64,000 bases of DNA from Candidatus Bathyarchaeota archaeon (GTDB lineage: Archaea > Thermoproteota > Bathyarchaeia > RBG-16-48-13 > GCA-020355125). The notes beneath the pieces were generated by a model that saw nothing but the letters and a program-made list of their open reading frames with translations, was not told where the DNA came from and did not search any database. Both the position numbers and the translations under genes were made by a program. The DNA is taken from NCBI GenBank assembly GCA_026015035.1, contig JAOZHB010000070.1, forward strand, positions 15,473 through 79,472, read 5' to 3'. Of this stretch, positions 57,574-64,000 are shown piece by piece (the first letter of the stretch is position 1; every line of letters begins with the position of its first letter).

Positions 57574-58098
57574 ATGGCTGTAGTCGAATTAGATCGAAGA
57601 CGGGCTCGTACAGTACAGGTTACACGGTTAACCCGTCGCTCACCCCCTCAAATCTTTGTGGCTCACACGGCACTCTCGAAGGCACTCTTGGCACGCGTTG
57701 AGAGCGTGATCACAAAAGAGAACGTCCGACCCGTCATTGCTGACCAAGAACCTTCTAAGACAAACCTTGCGGAGAGGATTACTCGGGCGATAGGGGCTTC
57801 TGACGCCCTCTTTGTCGTTTTGACCAAGAACGCCTTAAGGAAGCCCTCAACGAGAGACTGGATCTTGTTTGAAGTCGGGGCGGCGAGGGCGATGTGGAAG
57901 AATTTGACGTCCAAAGTTACGAAGCAATACGCCCTCTTCGCTTGGAAAGATGTGAAAATCAAGCTTCCCAGTGACAGCCCGATTACGCAGCTTGCAGAGT
58001 ATCGACCTCTAAACACACGAAGTAACCGGTCGAAAGACGCGATGCTGGACGAGATGCAGTCTATCGCTCGCAACATATCGCTTGTTCGTAAACTCTAG
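57574..58098 (+). CDS. TIR-like (DUF1863/MTH538-type) domain protein, tentative
   Basis: 174 aa. IFVAHT....LL.RVESVI...NVRPVIAD, ....I..AIGASDALFVVLTKNAL..PSTRDWILFEVGAA follows the betaA-FxxH / SD..xVLxS.. / (D)W....E layout of TIR-fold proteins. Confidence 0.4.
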   Translation: MAVVELDRRRARTVQVTRLTRRSPPQIFVAHTALSKALLARVESVITKENVRPVIADQEPSKTNLAERITRAIGASDALFVVLTKNALRKPSTRDWILFEVGAARAMWKNLTSKVTKQYALFAWKDVKIKLPSDSPITQLAEYRPLNTRSNRSKDAMLDEMQSIARNISLVRKL

Positions 58099-58406
58099 TG
58101 TCTGGTGGCCATTTCCTTTAAGTAGCCAACATCTTTCTCGAAAACGCATTGAAAAACACGCTTGTTATCAAACAAGTACTGAGTAACCAAGACAGCGTAT
58201 AGATGTCGGTCCTCTCATGACTTCCCTTCCTTGACTTTTACATGAACCTCCCTCACTCCTGTCAGAAACCCGTTCGAGAGAGGGCTCTCCACAGTTATAC
58301 TCTCCTTTTGCCCACGTAACACCCAGTCATAGGTAGTAACAGTGAGGTTAACTACGTCCTACGTAGGTGGCATCAACACGTCGTGAAGAGGAGGCGTCTT
58401 TCGACA

Positions 58407-59120
58407 TTAAACTCCGATCCACGTGCCTACGTATTCTCCGAAATAGGCCAACAGTAAGAAAACGATGAATCGGGGCGTAAAGCTGAGGATTAAAAAATGG
58501 TCTATGCGGGTTTTTAAAAACCCGCAAACGAACGCAAGCAGTTCTACCGGTAAAACAGGTATCAACCCAAATACCGCGTAGAGCATCCACCCCCATCTTT
58601 CCCATAAACGTGTAAGTTCTTCGAGTTTTTCCGCTGACATCTTTTTCGTGATGTACGGTCGTCCCAGATAATAGACTAGACCATAGTTCACTGCCATCCC
58701 TATTGTGAATCCCGTGGTGGCAACGAAAATCAGAGGAATTTTTGGAACGCCTAAGAGGGCAGCTGCCACCACTAGGGCTGGACTTCCAAGAGGCACAACG
58801 GTTCCCGCTAAAATGGTGGCAAAGAAAATGCCTGCAAGACCATATTCTGCGACGAAAGCCTTCACATCCAAAAATAACCGGGTGTCGCCAACGTTGAAGA
58901 CTTTTACGAGGATCAATATGGCTATGCCTACAACTGCGAACACGATTCCATACAGTAAGAAAGACCTTATCCACGCATTTTTAAAGAGACGTGGAGACCC
59001 AGTAGCCCTGTTTCTCTCATCGATTTTACCCATGGTTGCGTTCCCTGCGAATTGCAGTGTTCCTGTTATTTCAGTCTTCGTTTTCGCTTTTAACCTGTTT
59101 ATGTCTTGCCTATAGACCAA
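58407..59120 (-). CDS. DedA/VTT-domain (TVP38/SNARE-associated) membrane protein
   Basis: Multi-TM protein with GTVVPLGSPALVVAAALLG...YYLGRPY...WG.....FGLIPVLP.ELLAFVCG. The start is probably the internal Met (MGKIDE). Confidence 0.65.
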   Translation of the reverse strand: MVYRQDINRLKAKTKTEITGTLQFAGNATMGKIDERNRATGSPRLFKNAWIRSFLLYGIVFAVVGIAILILVKVFNVGDTRLFLDVKAFVAEYGLAGIFFATILAGTVVPLGSPALVVAAALLGVPKIPLIFVATTGFTIGMAVNYGLVYYLGRPYITKKMSAEKLEELTRLWERWGWMLYAVFGLIPVLPVELLAFVCGFLKTRIDHFLILSFTPRFIVFLLLAYFGEYVGTWIGV

Positions 59121-59490
59121 GAGCGTCTCTGAAGTCTCTTCGATATCTCTACAAGCGCTCCCATTTCATGACGATTTTCTTGAATGGAACCCGCAGATAG
59201 CTGTTTCCTTGTAACGACTGAGTCCATTACAACCCACCACGTTGGTCGCAAGCGGCGCACCCTTTTGAAACCGTGAATGAATATAGTGCAGCAGCTTACC
59301 TGTAGGCCCCAAGTTTACCTTACGGCAGATAGGAAACAAGTGATTGCCCGCATTCAACCGTTGCTTGGTGTTAAAGAACACCTCACAACACTTCTTTACG
59401 AAGGTGTCTTATCGATAGGCTAATTGAATGGATTTTACTCTTCTTTTATTCCTGATTAGAGACGTTGTTCTTCGTTGTCTGAGCGGGTTA

Positions 59491-61242
59491 CTATCGACGC
59501 TTCAGGGCTTCAGGTATTAATTTGATCTTTTGAAAGATGGATGGCTTTACTCCCCACGCGCGTACCATTGCCTCCGCTCGTGCATCGAAGCTTGGGGCTT
59601 CATTGGAATCAATGATTACATCGATAACGGTTGGTCGACCATTGTCTAACGCTTCCTTGGTTCGTTCAGCAATCTCGTTTGGCTTTTGAATGCGTAAACC
59701 CTCAGCACCCATGGCCTCTGCAAGTTTCACATAATCGGGGTTGAGGAAGTCGGTTGAGATTCGTCTCTTGTTGAACAAGGTGTCTTGCGTATCTCTAATC
59801 ATTCCAAGGGTACCATTATTCAGGATAAACCACTTCACTGGAACATCGTAGTTGACGGCCGTCAAAACTTCCATCCCCTGCATTAGGAAACCGCCGTCAC
59901 CGCAGATGCATACAACCTGACGGTCAGGAGCCGCGATCTGCCCACCAATCGACGCAGCCACCCCATACCCCATGGACGCAAGCGTGGAGCAAACAAAGTA
60001 GCTCTTCGATTTATGTGCCTGAAAGAAGCTTTCAACCCATGCAAGACTGTTCCCTATGTCCCCAAAAACTATCACGTCTTCAGGCAGTGCTTCCTGCAAG
60101 TCCTTCATTACTCTCTGGGGCTTGAGAGGCACTTGATCTGAGTTCATTTTTGGATCTGCGTAATACTGCCGCTTTTTTTTCATAGACATGATGGCTTGAA
60201 CGTCGCCAATTGCTTTCTGTTCTTTTGTCTTCATCACGGTTAAAAGCTGCTTCATTATCTCCTTCGAGTCGCCTATAATACCAACATTAATCGGATAATT
60301 TTTTCCCATCTCCCCGACGTCGATATCTATCTGAATCAAGGCAGTATCTGGTTGGAACTTGGGGTCCCATGTGTGAGTTGTAAACTCGCTAAAGCTCAAC
60401 CCAATCGCCAGCAAGACATCAATACCGCTACGGATGTACTTGTTTGCGATATTGGTTCCGTACAAACCCACTACACCCAAGCTCAGTTGATGATTCTCCG
60501 GGATTATTCCTTTGGCTTTCAGGGTCGTTGCAACAGGTATAGAGTAGGTTTCTGCGAGTTTAAGAATCTCCTGTCTGGCATTGAGACTTCCATATCCCGC
60601 TAAAAGGGCAGGGTTTCTCGCGTCAAAGATGAGGTCGGCTGCTCTAGCTATTGACGCGCGGTCACCATTCATCGAATAGATGCTTATGGGTCTGAATACG
60701 CTGCGCTCAACCTCCACTTCAGCAGCAAACGTGTTCGCCGTTACGTCTAGGTGAGTAGGACCCTGTCTTCCGTTGAGGGCTTGCATTAATGCTTTACGAA
60801 ACGACTGTGCAAGCTTGCTCACGTCGAATACAAGTGTCGAGTATTTGGTAAGTCCATCAAATATCTCAACGTGATTTATTGTTCTTCCTTCGCCAGTGGC
60901 TTCTTGAAGCCCTCCTTTACCGATTGTACTCGTGCCTACCTGCGCGGTGAGTACTAAGAGCGGCACGGAGTCCATGTATGCAGATGCCACCCCCGTGATT
61001 AAATTCGTGGCACCCGGTCCAACGGTGCCCACGCACACGCCAATTTTGCCACTGACCTGCGCGAAACCCGTGGCCATGAAGGAGGCTCCCGCTTCATGTT
61101 TCGTCAGAATGGGGGTTATCTGCTTATTGTCCAACAGTGAATCATAAAATTTTAAAAGATGTCCACCCGGTACTCCAAAAACGAACTCAACATCATTTGC
61201 TTCCAAGAGATTTACAAGAAGTTTAGATCCTTGAAGTTTCAT
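59491..61242 (-). CDS. thiamine-diphosphate enzyme, acetolactate synthase large-subunit family
   Basis: GSKLLVNLLEANDVEFVFGVPGG, HEAGASFMATGFAQVSG, GPGATNL and the ThDP motif GDGGFLM...NN. The start is set at Met 61242 (ORF-track 61359). Confidence 0.82.
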   Translation of the reverse strand: MKLQGSKLLVNLLEANDVEFVFGVPGGHLLKFYDSLLDNKQITPILTKHEAGASFMATGFAQVSGKIGVCVGTVGPGATNLITGVASAYMDSVPLLVLTAQVGTSTIGKGGLQEATGEGRTINHVEIFDGLTKYSTLVFDVSKLAQSFRKALMQALNGRQGPTHLDVTANTFAAEVEVERSVFRPISIYSMNGDRASIARAADLIFDARNPALLAGYGSLNARQEILKLAETYSIPVATTLKAKGIIPENHQLSLGVVGLYGTNIANKYIRSGIDVLLAIGLSFSEFTTHTWDPKFQPDTALIQIDIDVGEMGKNYPINVGIIGDSKEIMKQLLTVMKTKEQKAIGDVQAIMSMKKKRQYYADPKMNSDQVPLKPQRVMKDLQEALPEDVIVFGDIGNSLAWVESFFQAHKSKSYFVCSTLASMGYGVAASIGGQIAAPDRQVVCICGDGGFLMQGMEVLTAVNYDVPVKWFILNNGTLGMIRDTQDTLFNKRRISTDFLNPDYVKLAEAMGAEGLRIQKPNEIAERTKEALDNGRPTVIDVIIDSNEAPSFDARAEAMVRAWGVKPSIFQKIKLIPEALKRR

Positions 61243-61561
61243 GTCTCCAACCTTTCCTTGGCGCTTATATATAACATGTGAATTTTCTTCGTAAACTCCT
61301 TCTGTACCCAGTCTCCCTTTACGGGTATGCTTTAGTTTAAAGCTGTTGGTGTTACGCATAGCGTGTATCGAGACTTACTCGTTTTCATTTTCGTCTATCT
61401 TTACTCATTTCAATGGGTCTTCACCCCACTTTACCTCCCTCTATAACTTTATCTCGTTGCCTAAACACAGCCTCTATCTTAATAGAATAGAATCATTACG
61501 TATAATTAGATCACTACCATGTACTTGTAACGAAAAGATTCTCTGTTGAGAGGGATTTGAT

Positions 61562-63448
61562 GTGAAACGTTCTTTTCTCAGTGCCCAGCTCAAGAGGGCA
61601 GGCGATATCCTTCGACGGGGTGCGTCAGATCAGATCGCTGACTACGCCCGGCGGTTCGGCTCCATTACAGGCGTCTACGACGGTCTCCTCAAAGGCCTTA
61701 TCCGAAGAGGTTTCAGTGTTGAGGACGCGGCTGCCACTGCTAGAGACTTCTTCGGCTCAGAGAAGATTTGTTTCGCCGCGGTGGATGGAACGGAGTACAC
61801 ACAGCCGATGTTTGACTTGGTGATCTTCTTTGGCGGATCCTACGCGGCGAGGGGAATCCTCGAGTTCAGCGACGATGGAGTTCGAGCTGCGTATTCAACC
61901 CAGTTTTCGGAGGAGGGAATCAGCGTCTCCAGCTGTGTCCCCATGTACGTCAACGAGATTGTGGACGTAGAACAGGCCTACATGGAGCGAGGTGAAGGCG
62001 GAAACGTGTCGGTGGATCGGCCTCTCACCGACGACACAGTGATAAACAACGCCTCCATCGCCAACTGGATCATGACCTTCAGTGAGCTCTACCTCGCCTA
62101 CAGACTGGCTAAACAGAGCGATGTGAAGATTCTCCTTCTGGATCGAAGCCTCTGTGCAATGCACGGCAACCTCGTCTTCGACACGCGGCGAAGGCGGCTG
62201 TGGGACACCTGCGCCATCTTGGGCTATGAGGTGGATGGGCGTCCGATTGATGACAATGATTTAGCCTACAACCGGCATCGGATCGTGAACTCCGTGTTAC
62301 GTCTGCCCCCCGTCCGGGGGGACTACCTTCGTTATGCTCTAGTCTACCTCTTGGAGGATAACGGCTTCCTCAACGTTGACGAAATATGTGTCGCGTTGGA
62401 CGTGGACTCCAAGGATCGGCGAAGACGGGTACAACGCTTTCTCTCCCGATCCGTAGTCGAAAAGTACCTCGAGGAACGTCGAGGACTGTACGGAGTGGCC
62501 CAAGCATACCAAGGTTCTTGGGACCGGGTGAAGCGGCTGGTTGAAGCGTTCGGGCGGCATCTCTTTGAGGAGACGCCCTCAGGTAACCCTCTTCGAGTTG
62601 AAAAGGCTGGTAAGACGTGTTGGTTGACGACGCTGGACATGGCTTTTCTCTCCCTCTTCTGCCTTTACATGCTGATTGAGGCGTGCTGGAGGCGTCGAAT
62701 CCTCCTCTTGGGGATCACGAAAGACACGACGGCGCGGGACTTCAAGACCCATCTACTTCCCGTATGCCTAAACGAGAAGATCTGGCGTAGCGCCTTGTCA
62801 CAGGAGGCGTTGGAGAATGCGCCGAACACGGATCGCATGCTCCTCCAGTACCTGAGTATCTACAACTATGAGACGTTGTCTGCGCCGTGGGCTCTCATCG
62901 AGTACGACTCGGCTTTTCGAATGATCGTACCTGAACTGGAGAAGAGGCGACCCGGCTACGTGAGCGGCGCAGTTCGGAACAGAATCACCCCAGAGAAGAC
63001 CTTCTTGAAGGCGTATATCCAGCTCGCTGAGGCGAAGACAGATCCTCGACTGAGGAGTAACGTGCTCTTCATCGACCGACTCGTTTACCCCGAGTACGAC
63101 TTGCGGGAGGAGACGCTAGTTCAGCTCAAGCAGGTGTATGGCGGCGCCGTAGAGCCTGTGGGTCCTCTGCTCTTTCAAAGCTGTGACTTAGAGAACCGGA
63201 TTCAGAACTTGGTCATGGCGATGTTGACGGCGATGGCGGACTCCAGCATCCCCGAGGTCTTCGGCCACAACATGCCCTTATTCATCGCGGACAAGGTGGC
63301 CAAGTGGCACAACAGCGAAGTGCGACGGATCATCGATTCCACTCGGCTCTGGATTGCCAACAACCGGGATCTGAGGCGCTTCGTTTTTTACATGAGCACC
63401 TTCCGCGAGCGGAGGGGTGACCTCGAGTCGATGCGGAGGACGGCGTAG
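61562..63448 (+). CDS. large uncharacterised protein with NurA-like (RNase-H-fold nuclease) motif order, tentative
   Basis: 628 aa with a GTG start. Ordered motifs are FAAVDGTEY / TFSELY...VKILLLDRSL / LLLGITKDTTARDF / GHNMPLFIADKVAKW. They parallel NurA motifs (DGS; E; hhhDGSL; G.sK.s; P..L..A(H/D)..A). A roughly 190-aa insert contains a wHTH-like stretch. Confidence 0.4.
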   Translation: MKRSFLSAQLKRAGDILRRGASDQIADYARRFGSITGVYDGLLKGLIRRGFSVEDAAATARDFFGSEKICFAAVDGTEYTQPMFDLVIFFGGSYAARGILEFSDDGVRAAYSTQFSEEGISVSSCVPMYVNEIVDVEQAYMERGEGGNVSVDRPLTDDTVINNASIANWIMTFSELYLAYRLAKQSDVKILLLDRSLCAMHGNLVFDTRRRRLWDTCAILGYEVDGRPIDDNDLAYNRHRIVNSVLRLPPVRGDYLRYALVYLLEDNGFLNVDEICVALDVDSKDRRRRVQRFLSRSVVEKYLEERRGLYGVAQAYQGSWDRVKRLVEAFGRHLFEETPSGNPLRVEKAGKTCWLTTLDMAFLSLFCLYMLIEACWRRRILLLGITKDTTARDFKTHLLPVCLNEKIWRSALSQEALENAPNTDRMLLQYLSIYNYETLSAPWALIEYDSAFRMIVPELEKRRPGYVSGAVRNRITPEKTFLKAYIQLAEAKTDPRLRSNVLFIDRLVYPEYDLREETLVQLKQVYGGAVEPVGPLLFQSCDLENRIQNLVMAMLTAMADSSIPEVFGHNMPLFIADKVAKWHNSEVRRIIDSTRLWIANNRDLRRFVFYMSTFRERRGDLESMRRTA

Positions 63449-64000
63449 TCACCGCGGTCTGAAGTGTATAAACGTGGCTCGGGGCTTCTTCCAACGCACA
63501 TAATGAACCCGCAACATGAGAACCACCCACACATCGATTAACGCGATGCCATACGCCTCTACCACCGCGATGGACGGCCAAGTTACCACCACAGCAATCA
63601 GGGGCCCCACGATACCTATACAGGTAAAGACCAAGCCAAACACGTCCCACCCGCTCAACAGAATCCCTATCCCCCAGACCGTGATCGCTACATCCGCTTG
63701 GACGAAGAACCAGATGGACACAAAGGTATGTGGCGAAGTTCCCGAAGGATACACGCCGATGAGCGCCAGAAAGACGCCCGCAATTAACGCAAAGGCGCCT
63801 CCCACGGTCTCCACCTTGTTACTCGCATCCCATATGAGGGTCAAGGCGTAGAGAATAAACAGACCTCCTAACACAATGAGGCCGTTATTAAAGCTTCCAG
63901 CGTCTTCCGCCATGGGACCACCTAGGTCGCTGAAGGCGTGTTCCGTGAAGACGAACCACGGGTTGTGGCTAATAGCGAGATAGATCACGACCCAAGCGAG
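63449..64000 (-). CDS. DUF998-like polytopic membrane protein (5' end runs off the window)
   Basis: Hydrophobic multi-TM ORF with a FSDLGG motif. The frame stays open to the window edge, and the reported start is only a GTG. Confidence 0.45.
   Translation of the reverse strand, partial: LAWVVIYLAISHNPWFVFTEHAFSDLGGPMAEDAGSFNNGLIVLGGLFILYALTLIWDASNKVETVGGAFALIAGVFLALIGVYPSGTSPHTFVSIWFFVQADVAITVWGIGILLSGWDVFGLVFTCIGIVGPLIAVVVTWPSIAVVEAYGIALIDVWVVLMLRVHYVRWKKPRATFIHFRPR

Noticed and set aside
58348-58974. 208-aa minus-strand ORF overlapping the DedA/VTT gene in another frame.
   Set aside because: The Arg/Ser/Cys-rich translation has no membrane or domain features. The alternative frame (58407..59120) gives a coherent VTT-domain membrane protein.
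1-64000. CRISPR arrays, rRNA genes, IS elements, transposases or integrases.
   Set aside because: No regularly spaced 25-40-nt repeats, no rRNA-like conserved stretches and no transposase- or integrase-like ORF were seen. The only recurrent repeats are the short CTAG palindromes reported above.

Overview
This is a gene-dense archaeal chromosomal segment with about 58 supportable protein genes on both strands. I found no rRNA, tRNA, CRISPR array, transposase or integrase.

Core content:
- PolD large subunit, GGGP synthase and an Elf1-like Zn-ribbon.
- The rpoH-rpoB-rpoA-rpl30e-nusA block, then rps12, rps7, EF-1alpha and rps10.
- Alba, a DRG GTPase, a PAC2-type proteasome chaperone, a TrmJ-like methyltransferase and a geranylgeranyl reductase.

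The window combines PolD, Elf1, unsplit rpoB, unsplit rpoA, Ftr and the archaeal HMGCS/thiolase/DUF35 trio. That points to a TACK/Thermoproteota-type archaeon with H4MPT-linked C1 metabolism. Bathyarchaeia-like is only a guess.

Accessory content:
- A ChlI/ChlD-like AAA+/vWA pair.
- An acetoacetate (ketone-body) gene set next to the mevalonate-entry operon.
- An ArsR-Hsp20-TraB stress unit and NAD synthesis genes (nadX, nadC).
- Sugar-acid genes: an enolase-superfamily dehydratase, a gluconolactonase-like propeller and a bacterial-type PfkA.
- A SelA-like/amidohydrolase-like pair, a TIR-like small protein and a 628-aa NurA-like orphan.

Main observations:
1. The conserved nusA-rps12-rps7-tuf-rps10 string is broken by an 8.5-kb metabolic block, an inverted rps7 and a 3.6-kb stress block.
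2. The CTAG-based palindrome AGCTAGCT is strongly over-represented. It sits at gene-cassette edges and clusters in a decayed 690-bp spacer that holds a truncated panE fragment.
3. Several proteins have unusual architecture: ChlD with a membrane-spanning linker, a class-III aminotransferase without the Schiff-base lysine, a fused RpoA, a TIR-like protein and a NurA-like protein.

All calls rest on reading the translated ORFs and the DNA by eye. No searches were run. GC statements come from hand counts of a few 60-nt lines.
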